A stretch of 64,000 nucleotides of DNA from the NCBI GenBank assembly GCA_035267785.1, contig DATFLL010000050.1:1289-65288 (forward strand), read 5' to 3'. Below the pieces are notes generated by a model that was given only the letters and a program-made list of their open reading frames with translations, was not told where the DNA came from and searched no databases. The stretch is from Gammaproteobacteria bacterium (GTDB lineage: Bacteria > Pseudomonadota > Gammaproteobacteria > DATFLL01). A program made the position numbers and the translations under genes. Positions 28,493-39,500 of this stretch are shown here, one piece after another (position 1 is the first letter of the stretch; each line of letters starts with the position of its first letter).

Positions 28493-30718
28493 ATGAGAAG
28501 CAGAAAAATGAAATACACGACCACAGCGGCAATCTTCACGTTCGTCGCGGGGGTTTTGGGCGGTTGTGTGCAGACACCTGCCAAACATACCGCCGTGCCT
28601 TTCCCGGCGCGTAACGGCGAGATGCGACAGCGGGATGGCTCCGTCAATGGCGGCGCGGCGGCGGTCGGACCCGTCTATACGTCTGAGCGGGCCGGCGCTC
28701 GCGCGAACGAGGCCGGGCCCGAGCTATACAGGGGAACGGGGCGTTTCATTTCGGGCCGGGCGCCCCGTCCGTCGCCGGTGTCGACGGATGCAAACGGCGG
28801 TATCACGCTCAACTTCAAAGACGCGGATATCCAGGAAGCCGTCAAGTCGATTCTAGGCGACATCCTCAAGGTCAACTACACCATCGACCCGCAGGTCAAA
28901 GGACAGATATCGCTGCAGACCAGCCGGCCGATCGCACGTGAGGGGCTCGTTCCCACGCTGGAGGTATTGCTGCGGGCCAACGGGGCGGTTCTCACGAGAG
29001 AGGGCGATCTCTACCGGGTCGTACCGGAGGCAGGTGCGTTGGACGGGGCCATAGGGACCTCGCGACAGATTGGGCGTGGTGCGGGCTATCGCGTCGTTGC
29101 CGCGCCGCTTCGCTATATCGCGGCCAAGGAAATGCAGAAATTGCTCGAGCTGGCGAAGCCGGCTAAAGGGGTGATTCACGCAGACCCGGCCCGAAACCTT
29201 TTGGTCATTTCTGGCTCGGAGACCGAGCTGCGCAATATGTTGGACACGATCGCGGTGTTCGACGTGGACCAGATGCGGGGAATGTCGGTGGGGCTGTTCC
29301 CGCTGCGTTCGGTGGAAGCGCGCGTGGTGTCCGAGGAAATGCGCAAGATATACGGCGAGGGTGCCGACGGTCTGTTGTCGGGGATGTTGAAGATCGTCCC
29401 GGTGGAGCGGCTCAACGCCTTGCTGGTGATCAGCCCGCAGCACAGATATCTCGAGCAGGCGGGACAGTGGATCAAACGGCTGGATCGTACCGGAGACGTC
29501 GCTGGCATTGGACTGTTCGTCTACTACGTGCAGAACGGCAAGGCGGGGCGGCTGGCCGAGATGCTCACGCAGGTTTTCGCTTCCTCGGGAGGGGCCCGAA
29601 GCGAGGGTCGCGCGGGTGTGCCCCCAATCGCCGCGAAGGCCCTGGATACGGAAAAGACCGGCAACCCCGCCAAGGCGGTGTCGGCGGGCGGTGCCACTGT
29701 GCGGCCGGCCGTTGCCGGGAGGCCGGCGCTGCACACGCCGACGGATGCGGCGGCCGAGGTCGGGGACGTTCGCATCATCGCCGACGAGGAGAACAATGCA
29801 CTGCTCGTGATGTCCGCGCCCAGCGACTACAAAAAAATTGAAAAGGCGATTCGCAAGCTGGACATCATTCCGCAGCAGGTATTGGTGGAGGCCTCGATCG
29901 TCGAGGTCGAGCTCACCGGGGAGCTCAGTTACGGCGTGGAATGGTATTTTCGCAGCAAGGCCAACGGGTATTCGGGGGTTGGGACATTGGACCTGGGAAG
30001 CAGCGGTCTGTCGCCCGTGGTGCCCGGCTTCTCTTATCAGGTGCTCAATTCGGCCGGTGCGATTCGCGGGGTCCTCAACACGCTGGCCAGCGAAACCGAG
30101 CTACGCGTCGTGTCCTCGCCCTCATTGATGGTGTTGGACAACCGCACTGCGCGTATCCGGGTGGGCGACCAGGTGCCGGTGCGCACCTCCGAGACGACCA
30201 ACACCGCCACCTCGGGCACAAACCCGCTGATTGTCAGCACCATCCAATTCCGCGATACGGGCGTGCTGCTCGAGGTCACGCCGCGGGTGAACGCAGGTGG
30301 ACTGGTGGTTCTGGACATTTCCCAGGAGGTAAGCAACGTCGACAAGACGACGTCCTCGTCGATCGATTCGCCGACGATCAATCAACGCCAGATCAGTACG
30401 TCGGTGGCCGTCCAGAGCGGCGACACCATCGTGTTGGGCGGTCTGATCCGCGAGAACAATTCCGACTCCAGCAGCGGAATTCCGGGGCTTCGCAGCATCC
30501 CGCTGCTGGGTTGGCTGTTCGGAGGCACCAGCAAGTCGTCGGAGCGAACCGAACTGCTGGTCCTGATTACCCCCACGGCAGTCCCCGACCAGCACGTGGC
30601 CCGGCAAGTGACCGACGAACTTCGCAATAAAATGAAGGCGTTGTTTCCCGCCGGCGAGGCGGGCACGGCCGGGGATCGGCCGCCGATCTCCGCCGCGCCC
30701 GCGAGCGTGGAAGAGTAG
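28493..30718 (+). CDS. gspD: T2SS secretin GspD with predicted lipoprotein signal
   Basis: N0-N3 domains and a secretin core (VVSSPSLMVLDNRTARIRVGDQVPV...SGIPGLRSIPLLGWLFG). The N-terminus FTFVAGVLGGC is lipobox-like. The ATG at 28493 is chosen over the upstream GTG. Confidence 0.9.
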   Translation: MRSRKMKYTTTAAIFTFVAGVLGGCVQTPAKHTAVPFPARNGEMRQRDGSVNGGAAAVGPVYTSERAGARANEAGPELYRGTGRFISGRAPRPSPVSTDANGGITLNFKDADIQEAVKSILGDILKVNYTIDPQVKGQISLQTSRPIAREGLVPTLEVLLRANGAVLTREGDLYRVVPEAGALDGAIGTSRQIGRGAGYRVVAAPLRYIAAKEMQKLLELAKPAKGVIHADPARNLLVISGSETELRNMLDTIAVFDVDQMRGMSVGLFPLRSVEARVVSEEMRKIYGEGADGLLSGMLKIVPVERLNALLVISPQHRYLEQAGQWIKRLDRTGDVAGIGLFVYYVQNGKAGRLAEMLTQVFASSGGARSEGRAGVPPIAAKALDTEKTGNPAKAVSAGGATVRPAVAGRPALHTPTDAAAEVGDVRIIADEENNALLVMSAPSDYKKIEKAIRKLDIIPQQVLVEASIVEVELTGELSYGVEWYFRSKANGYSGVGTLDLGSSGLSPVVPGFSYQVLNSAGAIRGVLNTLASETELRVVSSPSLMVLDNRTARIRVGDQVPVRTSETTNTATSGTNPLIVSTIQFRDTGVLLEVTPRVNAGGLVVLDISQEVSNVDKTTSSSIDSPTINQRQISTSVAVQSGDTIVLGGLIRENNSDSSSGIPGLRSIPLLGWLFGGTSKSSERTELLVLITPTAVPDQHVARQVTDELRNKMKALFPAGEAGTAGDRPPISAAPASVEE

Positions 30719-30725
30719 ACATCCC

Positions 30726-31481
30726 ATGGCGGATATAGTCCATAATGACTATACGGCCTACGGGGCCCACGGCGAGGGAGGGCGTTGGGTGCGAATTCTG
30801 GCGGTGGACGATCACATGTTGTTCCGGCGTTGTCTGGCCGATTACCTGGCGGCCCAGGACGGAATGACGGTCGTTGGTGAGGCGGCGTCGCCCCAGCGCG
30901 CTCTGGAGCTGATGGAAAAGCTCCAGCCGGATATGGCGTTGGTGGATATCGACCTGGGCGGCGACGACGGCCTGCAATTGGCGGGCACCATTACCGGAAC
31001 CTACCCCGATTGCGCCGTCATTATCCTGACCGCCTCGGAGGACGAGGCGCAGATGCTGCGGGCCATGGAAATCGGTGCCAGCGGCTATCTCGTCAAGGAC
31101 GTGCGTCCTGAGAATCTGGTGGCCGCGCTGCGGTTGGTGAGGGACGGCGAGACGGTGTTTGCGCGGACCTTTGTGGACCGCCGGCTGCGCAGCCAGGGGC
31201 GCCAGGGGGATGCGCCCAGCGTGGACGCGTCCGCGAGCACGACGAGCACTGGCGACGTTGCCGATCGGGCCTCACCGCCCGGCAGGCTTTCGCAGCGCGA
31301 AATCGAGGTGCTGGGCCTTGTGTCGGACGGTCTGGTCGACAAGCAGGTTGCCGATCGGCTGGGCATCAGTGAAAGCACGGTGAAAAACCACATGCGCAGC
31401 ATTCGCCGAAAGCTGGGGGCGAGCAATCGTGTCCAGGCCAGTTTGATTGGAATGCGCTCGGGCCTCATCGCCAAGCCTTAG
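30726..31481 (+). CDS. NarL/FixJ-family response regulator (REC + LuxR HTH)
   Basis: ILAVDDH...ALVDIDLGGDDG receiver. LSQREIEVLGLVSDGLVDKQVADRLGISESTVKNHMRSIRRKL HTH. Confidence 0.85.
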   Translation: MADIVHNDYTAYGAHGEGGRWVRILAVDDHMLFRRCLADYLAAQDGMTVVGEAASPQRALELMEKLQPDMALVDIDLGGDDGLQLAGTITGTYPDCAVIILTASEDEAQMLRAMEIGASGYLVKDVRPENLVAALRLVRDGETVFARTFVDRRLRSQGRQGDAPSVDASASTTSTGDVADRASPPGRLSQREIEVLGLVSDGLVDKQVADRLGISESTVKNHMRSIRRKLGASNRVQASLIGMRSGLIAKP

Positions 31482-31549
31482 CACCGGCCCGTGCCGTGCC
31501 CGTGATTAATCACTATACCAATATATTCTGAATTATTGGGTGCCACGTC

Positions 31550-32908
31550 TTGGTCCAGCATACATCTCCCTCGGACCCGAAGCTCCCGGCCCGACGATTT
31601 ATACGGCTCAGCGCGGCATGGCTGCTCGGCGCGGTGCTCATGGCCGGCGTCGCCATTACGGTTTACGTGGCGACCGTTACGGTCACGCGGGATGCCGATC
31701 TCTACGGCCACTGGGTGGCGAAATACCTTCAACAAACGCTTGACCCGCGCTATTTCGAATCCACCGCGTCGATCGACCCCGCCCAACTGCGCAACGTGTT
31801 CCACCGCTTGAACCAGTTTGCCGATATCGGCGCGGTCAAGCTCAAGGAACCCTCCGGGCTGATCGTTTGGGCCGACGCCCCCGAATTGATGGGTAGACGC
31901 GAGCCGCCCAGCGTCGCGTTCGACAAGGCCCTGGCTGGGGAGGTCAGTGCGCATTACGAGGAGGTCGACGATGCGGGCGAGCGTCTCAGCGAACATCTGG
32001 GCTACAGCGTCTTTCCCTGGTTGTACGAGGTCTGCATCCCCATTCGCGCGGGCGACGGTAGGGTGGTCGGTGTCGTGGAGGTGTATCAGAATCCCCAGCG
32101 TATCCTCGGCCGCATCGCGTCCGAACTGGGCGTGGTGTGGGGCATTCTGTTGCTTGCAGCCTTAGCCTACGTCATCCCGACCATGAGGCTGTTCGGTAGG
32201 ACCTCGCGGGATATGTTGTCGCTGCAGTCGGATCTGGAACAGAGTCGCCGTCTGGCCGAGGTGGGCGAGTACGTCAGCATGATTGTGCACGATACGCGCA
32301 ACCTTCTCGCCGGCATCCGCTATACATGCGAGTGCATGTCCGCGCCAAATGTAAGTACCGAAAAGCGGCGCAAGATGGCGGCCGACCTCGAAGGCCCGGT
32401 CCGCATGTCGTTCGGAATGATGAATGACCTGCTTTCCTTTGTCAGTGGCAAGCGCCCTCCGTTGGACATTCGCGAGCACGATCTAGCCGGGCTCCTGGAT
32501 GAAATCAAAGACATGCTGATCGCCACGCTCGAACCGGACGGTCATCGGCTGACTCTTGCCGTCACCCCCGGGATCAAAGTGACTTGCGACGGCGAGCGTT
32601 TTTCGCAGATTATCCTGAACCTTGTACGCAACAGTACCGAGGCCATGACCGAGCCGGGCGAGGTCGAAATCACGGGGGCGGCTGAGGGCGACGGCGTGCA
32701 TGTCTTCGTCCGCGACGTCGGCCCGGGTATCGACCCCGCTCTACTGCCCAATGTCTTCCAGCCCTTCGTCTCCGAGCAAAACAAAGCGAGGCCCGGACTG
32801 GGCCTGGCGATTATCCGGGACATCATGGATCGGCACGGCGGAGTCATTACCGCACGCAATAGAGCCGCAGGCGGGGCCGAGTTCGAGCTCATATTTACTT
32901 ATAGATAA
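31550..32908 (+). CDS. membrane sensor histidine kinase
   Basis: TM helices flank a sensor loop of about 150 aa. H-box MIVHDTRNLLAGI. N, G1 and G2 boxes (LNLVRNSTEAM, RDVGPGI, GLGLAI). TTG start is tentative. Confidence 0.8.
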   Translation: MVQHTSPSDPKLPARRFIRLSAAWLLGAVLMAGVAITVYVATVTVTRDADLYGHWVAKYLQQTLDPRYFESTASIDPAQLRNVFHRLNQFADIGAVKLKEPSGLIVWADAPELMGRREPPSVAFDKALAGEVSAHYEEVDDAGERLSEHLGYSVFPWLYEVCIPIRAGDGRVVGVVEVYQNPQRILGRIASELGVVWGILLLAALAYVIPTMRLFGRTSRDMLSLQSDLEQSRRLAEVGEYVSMIVHDTRNLLAGIRYTCECMSAPNVSTEKRRKMAADLEGPVRMSFGMMNDLLSFVSGKRPPLDIREHDLAGLLDEIKDMLIATLEPDGHRLTLAVTPGIKVTCDGERFSQIILNLVRNSTEAMTEPGEVEITGAAEGDGVHVFVRDVGPGIDPALLPNVFQPFVSEQNKARPGLGLAIIRDIMDRHGGVITARNRAAGGAEFELIFTYR

Positions 32909-33184
32909 TATGGGAATAGTGCTTTCGTGCTATACTGGCTGATGAAGCCGGTGCCGTGCCTTGAAAATGCCATTGCCGGCCCGGTCGACTCGACGTATGC
33001 TTTTTTGCCCGGCCCGATGTAATGGTGCCTCGGCGCCGGGCTCCGCGTGCAACGGACTGCATTTCCTAATTCGGCGTGCCCACGGACTGGGAACACGAAC
33101 AAAACAATAATAACGAATACGCAAGGCCTGCCGGACGGTGTCCTCTTACCGTCGCGCCGGGGCGCACTGCGAGGGCTCTGAAAA

Positions 33185-34930
33185 ATGGGTTCGCTGCACC
33201 AAATGTATCAAAACGATGTCGTGGGCCGGGACGTCATGGATGCCTTGCGCGCTCGAATGGTCGTCCTGCCCGCCGATGACCCGGATGCCGTGTTTATGTC
33301 CGCGGCCGTCCTCGCGCTCGAACTCATCCGCTGCGAACAAGTCGTCATCGCCCACCGCCGCGACCACGGTGCCGGTTACCTGGTGCACCGTGTCCCCGAC
33401 GGATCGCGTGACGATGTACAGACCGGGCCGTTCGACCACCCCACTAATGCCTTCGGCTCGTTGTTGATCCGAGAGATGACTCTCCAGGTAGAGCGCGGTC
33501 TTGGTTTCAATGAGCCGTTCGCACGCGATCTCATTCGTCTGGGCTTCATGAGCGCGATCAGCGTGCCCGTCCCAAGTGAGCATGGACCTTGGGGATTTAT
33601 CTGCGCCTGTTCGCGCAACACCCGCAGCTTCGACTCCGGCGAACGCGCGGTCCTGCGCAGCTTGGCTGCCGTGGTGGGTGCCGCCGTGTATGGGCCGGCC
33701 TCACAAGTCATGGAGGCGGACCAGTTGGCGGCTCGGCAAGTTCGCCGGGCCAAGCGGGAGTGGGAGTCGACGGTAGACTCTCTGACCGAGGTGATCGTGC
33801 TCCTCGACACGGAAGGCTATATCATTCGGGCCAACCGAGCTCTGGAGGAATGGGGGTTCGGTGACGTTGCCAGTATAATCGGGAACAAGATCGGTACCCT
33901 GCTTGCCGCTTCCCGGGAATATGGCCCGTCACCCTTGAGGCGCCCCTGGCCGGAACTCGTCCGGCAACTCACTACGAATACCAGCCTGGAGTGGGAACAG
34001 GAGTGTGCTTGGATAGCCAAGACGCTGCGGTTCCGCTTGCGTCTGATCGCCCGGTCCGACGAAGAATCCTTCGCGGCCGGCGAGGGATATGCCGTGCTCG
34101 TGATCGAAGACATCACGCGCCGCAAACAGCTCGAGCGTGAGATTCTGGAGAAAAATCGTCATCTTGAGGATCAGGTTGCCAGGCGCACTCGCGAGCTCGT
34201 CGCGCGTAATGCCCAACTTCGACAAGAGATCCGTGCACACCTTCGCGACAAGAAGGCGCTCAGTGCCTCCGAGCACGAGTTGCACAATCTCTCCCGTCAA
34301 TTGATGGGGGCACAGGAGACCGAAAGAAAACGCATTGCGCGCGAGCTGCACGATAGTATCGGGCAGGCGCTCAGCGCCATCAAGTTCAAGGTCGAGTGTT
34401 TCATGGAGACTGACGCGCAGACCGAGGGTGCGCAGGATTCCTTGGGGCATGTGGTGTCGCGCATCCGGGCGACGATTGAAGAGGTCCGGAAGATAGCAAT
34501 GGATTTGCACCCGTCGATCCTGGACGACCTGGGTCTGATTTCGACGATCGATTGGTTTAGTCGTGAGTTTCGCGCCACCTATCCTCATATCGATGTCCAC
34601 ATTGCCGTCCATGCCGACGAGGAAGATATTCCGGACCGTCTGAAGCTGGTGATCTACCGCGTCATCCAGGAGGCGTTCAACAATGTTGTCAAGCACTCGG
34701 AGTGCACTTATCTCTCACTTGCGCTGGGTGCCAACAGGAAGGGACTCCAGCTTTGTATTTTCGATGATGGCAAGGGGTTCGATGTGCAACGTGGTCGGCC
34801 AGCGGGGAAGAGCCGTGCCGGTTTGGGCCTGAAGAGCATGCGCGAGCGGGTGGAGCTGACAAGCGGTCAATTCTGTATAGAATCCGCTGCTGGCTGCGGT
34901 ACCGGGATCCATATCAGATGGGTGAGCTAA
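33185..34930 (+). CDS. cytoplasmic GAF-PAS histidine kinase, HisKA_3 (NarX/DegS) type
   Basis: GAF-like N-terminus and PAS (VIVLLDTEGYIIRANRALEEWGF). H-box ERKRIARELHDSIGQAL. HATPase (YRVIQEAFNNVVKHS...GLGLKSMRERV). Confidence 0.85.
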   Translation: MGSLHQMYQNDVVGRDVMDALRARMVVLPADDPDAVFMSAAVLALELIRCEQVVIAHRRDHGAGYLVHRVPDGSRDDVQTGPFDHPTNAFGSLLIREMTLQVERGLGFNEPFARDLIRLGFMSAISVPVPSEHGPWGFICACSRNTRSFDSGERAVLRSLAAVVGAAVYGPASQVMEADQLAARQVRRAKREWESTVDSLTEVIVLLDTEGYIIRANRALEEWGFGDVASIIGNKIGTLLAASREYGPSPLRRPWPELVRQLTTNTSLEWEQECAWIAKTLRFRLRLIARSDEESFAAGEGYAVLVIEDITRRKQLEREILEKNRHLEDQVARRTRELVARNAQLRQEIRAHLRDKKALSASEHELHNLSRQLMGAQETERKRIARELHDSIGQALSAIKFKVECFMETDAQTEGAQDSLGHVVSRIRATIEEVRKIAMDLHPSILDDLGLISTIDWFSREFRATYPHIDVHIAVHADEEDIPDRLKLVIYRVIQEAFNNVVKHSECTYLSLALGANRKGLQLCIFDDGKGFDVQRGRPAGKSRAGLGLKSMRERVELTSGQFCIESAAGCGTGIHIRWVS

Positions 34931-34938
34931 ACGTTCTC

Positions 34939-35592
34939 TCAGGACGCCCGTAAACCGTTTTCAATTGCATAGGCCGTGATGCCCGCCGCATTGTGCAGGT
35001 TGAGTTTTTTCATCAGGTTTGAGCGATGCTTCTCGATGGTCTTGGTGCTCAGGGAAAGATAATGTGCGATCTGCTTGTTTTTGTACCCTTCGGCGATAAG
35101 TTTCATCACTTCCCGCTCGCGGTGCGTAAGAATTTCCCAGCTTGCCGCTGCGCTTGGCCTCGCGGTCGTTCCGACATAACCCGAGACCACGCCGGTGCAA
35201 ATGCCGGGACTGAGGTAGGTGCGGCCATTCGAGATGTTGCGCACCGCGGACAGCAGGTCTGCGTGGCTGTCATCTTTGAGCACGTAGCCGTCCGCGCCGG
35301 CCTTCAAGGCGGTACGCACATATTCGTCCGCTTTGTGAACGGTGAGGGCGATAATGCGCACGTCGGGATGGCGCATGCGAATCTCGCGAATCGCCTCGGT
35401 GCCGTTCATGCCGGGCATCGAGAGGTCGATGATCACCAGGCTAGGTGCCAGCTCGGCGACCGCTCGGATCGCGTCTTTGCCGGTGCTGACGTCCCCGACG
35501 ACCTGGAAGCTGTCGGTCGCCTCGAGCAGGGCACGAAGCCCTTGGCGCAAAATAGTATGGTCTTCGGCAATAAGGATGCGTTGCGTGTTCAT
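34939..35592 (-). CDS. NarL/LuxR-family response regulator
   Basis: ILIAEDHTILRQGL...LVIIDLSMPGMNG receiver. LTHREREVMKLIAEGYKNKQIAHYLSLSTKTIEKHRSNLMKKL HTH. An upstream ATG at 35610 is possible. Confidence 0.85.
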   Translation of the reverse strand: MNTQRILIAEDHTILRQGLRALLEATDSFQVVGDVSTGKDAIRAVAELAPSLVIIDLSMPGMNGTEAIREIRMRHPDVRIIALTVHKADEYVRTALKAGADGYVLKDDSHADLLSAVRNISNGRTYLSPGICTGVVSGYVGTTARPSAAASWEILTHREREVMKLIAEGYKNKQIAHYLSLSTKTIEKHRSNLMKKLNLHNAAGITAYAIENGLRAS

Positions 35593-35929
35593 CTGCAGGA
35601 TGCCCCCCATCTTCGCAGGTTAAACCGTACTCCAAATTGGAGATTTAGTATGGCACAACGGTTCGGCAGGTCGTATAGCACGTTCGGGTCATAACCCGCG
35701 GGTGAACAGTGACAATACTAACTCCATTTGGTGTGTTTGCTGTATTTTTCCCGGGCAGGGGGGAATATAATTTGAACACATTGTGACAGCCGAACACGGG
35801 GACGGGGGAAGGGCCCGGCAGGCCGGCTCGCCGTCGTGGGGCCGGATGGTTCCCACGCAGGGCGGCGTACGGTAAACCGGGAATTGGGTGCATTGTCCAA
35901 AACAGGGCACAGGCCGGAGCGACGTCCTC

Positions 35930-36289
35930 ATGTACCGTATATTGTTGGTCGAAGATGATATTGAGTTTCGCTCGAGCCTGGTGGACGTTCTGCTCGCCGC
36001 GTATCCCCATGTGTCTATCCTTGAGGCCGGCTGCGGCCGCGAGGCGCTTGACGTTTTCAAAGCCACGTCCCCGGATCTGGTGTTCATGGATATCGGCCTG
36101 CCCGACACGGATGGGCTCGATCTGACGCGCAAGATTCGCGAGCTCGATCCCGACGCTCGCGTTATTATCCTGACGGGGCACAACTCGCCCGAGTACCGCT
36201 GTGCGGCGGAGACCGCCGGTGCCAGCGGTTACGTCTGGAAAGGCGAGCCGTCGCGCGTCCTGTTGGGCCTGGTCGGCGCGACCTCCTAG
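35930..36289 (+). CDS. stand-alone receiver (CheY-like) response regulator
   Basis: MYRILLVEDDIEF...LVFMDIGLPDTDG...IILTGH. No output domain. Confidence 0.8.
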   Translation: MYRILLVEDDIEFRSSLVDVLLAAYPHVSILEAGCGREALDVFKATSPDLVFMDIGLPDTDGLDLTRKIRELDPDARVIILTGHNSPEYRCAAETAGASGYVWKGEPSRVLLGLVGATS

Positions 36290-36574
36290 CGCAGTCGGGG
36301 CGTCCGAAGGGCAATACCCTAACTGTTTCGTCCCGCTCCCCACCACCACATATCTGTCGATTTTTGCCGCGCATAGTTACGGCATACCCGCACCGGGACT
36401 TACTGTCTTTCCCTACCGCTTTATTCGTCCGTCTTATCTACAGTTGCCATGAACGAGGGCCGATCGCTGACGATCGGTCGGTTGCGCCGAAGGCCGTTGC
36501 CCGAGGACCAATTCTTTTGGTGCTGGGCCGGAGCGAAAGCCCAAGGCGGCGAAAGTCAACGGGAGAGACGGATT

Positions 36575-39500
36575 ATGTTTGGCAACACAAGAACTATTCG
36601 TGCAACCAGGCACTGGATAGCGGCCCTACTGCTTGGCGCGGTCGGGTTCGCGGCCGGGCCGGTATACGCCGCTCAGTTCACGCTGAACGTGGTCGATGAC
36701 AACGGAGCGCCGGTAAGTGGCTTTCGCTGGATGGTCGAGGAGGACGTCACATATCCCGTGACGCCCGGGACGCCCGACCCGACCAGCCTGTCGTTCAATT
36801 TTCATAAGAGCCATACACCGGTTGCGCTCGACACGGCCGGCAATGCCCTCGAAGGCCGCACCGATGGCAGCTCAGTGACCGTTGGCTCGATTGACCCGGG
36901 CAAACGCTACTACGTGTCCGTGCTCCCTTACGGTGGGCACTCGCGAGGCAGTGCGCCTCTGCACTTCGACGCGGCGGCAACGGCTGCCACCGTCACGGTG
37001 GTGGCGAACCAGAATCCGCTGCCGACCGCGCAGATCTCGATTTTCGTCTTTGAAGACAACCAGGTGGTCAATGGCGCGCCAGACCTGCCCGAAGAGCATG
37101 GCCTGGGAGGCGCGGGTTCGGGCTGGAAGGTCCTGTTGGCCGAAGCGGCGGGTCAGTACGGTGCGGCCGGCGGCCAGGTTACCCAGGATGCCTTTGGCAA
37201 TCCGCTGGGCACCGAATATGCACCTGGCGATCCGAACACGATTGTGAAGCTGGGCGACGGTACCCTTACCCCGGACGCCAACGGTGTGTTGGTGATCAAG
37301 AACCTGCCCCCTGCGAAGTACGGCATCCAGGTCGTGCCGCCCGCGGGTCAAGGCTGGATCCAGACCTCGACGATCGAGGGGACGCATACCATCGACGCCT
37401 GGGTGAAGCCCAACGAGCCGAGCTATTTCGTCGAATTCGGCCCTCCGGGCCACCACGTGTTCATCGGTTTCGTGAAGGCGACTAACGAGTTCGCGGGCAA
37501 CGCCGGCGGCAGCACGATTTCCGGCAAGATCGTCAACAACCATGCATCGCGTCCGCCGGACTATACGTTCTACAACGGGAACGCCTTCCCGGACTGCTGG
37601 ATCGGCGTGAACAACGGACCGGCCGGGTCCGGACGCATGGTCTACGCGCAGGCGTGTAACTCTGACAGCACCTTCAGCATCGCCAATGTGCCTGCCGGCG
37701 CCTACGACCTGGTGGTCTGGGACGCCAATCTGGACATCGTGATCGCGACATTGGGCGTCACCGTCAACGCCGACGGGACCTGCTCTGCGCCCGGCGGCGC
37801 CTGCGACTTTGGTGAAATTCCCGTGTTCAACTGGAATGCGCGCCTGGAAACCAGCGTGTTCTTCGACCGCAATGGTAACGGCTTTCGCGACTGCCCGAGT
37901 GGGCGCGAGGCCTGTGACGATTTCTCACAGGATGATGTCGGTCTGGGTGCCGATCAAAGCGCGGTCAATTTACGTTTCCGTGACGGTCGCATCTATGAGT
38001 CCTTCCCGGTCGACTCGACGGGCGCGGCACCGTTCGACGAAGTCTTTCCGTTCTTCCACTGGTTGGTTGCCGAGGTCGATTTTGCCCGCATGAAGGCGAC
38101 GGGCGCCACGTTCACCGTGGACGCGGGCGGTCCGGTGGCCCCCGGCGAGGATCTTAATCCCCAGCCACAGACCTGTACGGCCGATGACGTGGCGGCCAAC
38201 ACAGACGGGTGTACGAACGTGGGGGATCCACGCATCAACCCGAACACGGGCGATAACCTGTCGCGCACCGAAACCGGTCCGGTTCTGACCACAGGATTCC
38301 AGGCCTTCCTCGGCCAGACGCTCAAGCTGGAGTTCGGCAAGGGGCTTTATGGCCCGGGTGAGAACGGCGGATTGTCCGGTATCGTGTTCTATGCCACGAC
38401 CCGCGCTGAAAACGATCCCCGTTATGCCGCGGGAGAGCCGTGGGAACCGGGCGTTCCTCGCGTTCAGATCAACCTGTACCAGGAGGACCCGGTTCTGGGC
38501 TACGGACATATTGCCGACATGGATGGCGACGGTGCGGAAACACCCGCCGACGTCGACAACTATCCGTTCGGCAACTTCCCCGGTCCTGAGGACGTCGATC
38601 ACAACGCCAATGGCACGTTCGACGTGGGTGACGCCATCCGCGTGACGACAACCGACAGTTGGGACGACAGCGTGCCGACCGGCTGCCAGGGAGACGTGTA
38701 TTACGTCAACGGTGATCCGAACCAACCCACCGACTGTTTCGACGGGCTGCGCAACTTCAACCAGATACGGCCCGGCGTGTTCGACGGTGGCTATGCGTTC
38801 GGCCCGAACGTGACCGGAGACGGTTCCGCGGAAATCCCCGCTGGAACCTACATCGTCGAGATGGCGGTTCCGCCGGGCTATGAACTGCTGAAGGAAGAGG
38901 ACAAGAACGTCGACTTCGGCGAGAGCTATGTGCCGAGCCCTCTGCTGCTGCCGCCCGAGTGTGTCGGCGCGCCGCACGTCGTCCCGCAGTATCTGAGCAT
39001 GCAGACGGACGAGACGGGCGTGCCGCTGCCTGGTGTCGCGGCCGCAGACCTGATTGATGCACCGTTCGCCGGCACGTCCCGGCCCCTGTGTAACCGCAAG
39101 CGTGTGACTTTGGCCAACGGCCAGAATGCGGCTGCGGATTTCTACCTGTTCACACAGGTGCCCAAGTCGGCCCATGTGGTAGGCGGTATCCTGAACGATC
39201 TGGCCAACGAGTTCGACCCGACCAAGCCGAACTTCGGCGAGAAGTACGCTCCGCCGTGGCTGCCGGTTTCGTTCCGCGATTGGCGCGGCCAGGAGGTTAA
39301 CCGCGTCTATGCCGACGAGGCGGGCAAGTTCAACGCCCTGCTGCCGTCGAACTACACAGTGAACATACCGAGCCCCTCGGGTGTCTCGCCGAACATGCTG
39401 ACTGCCTGCATGAACGACGCGGGTCCGATTCCGAACCCGAACTACGACCCGAGCGTTCCAGGATCGCAGCCGACCATAATCGACCCGTACTACAACCCGC

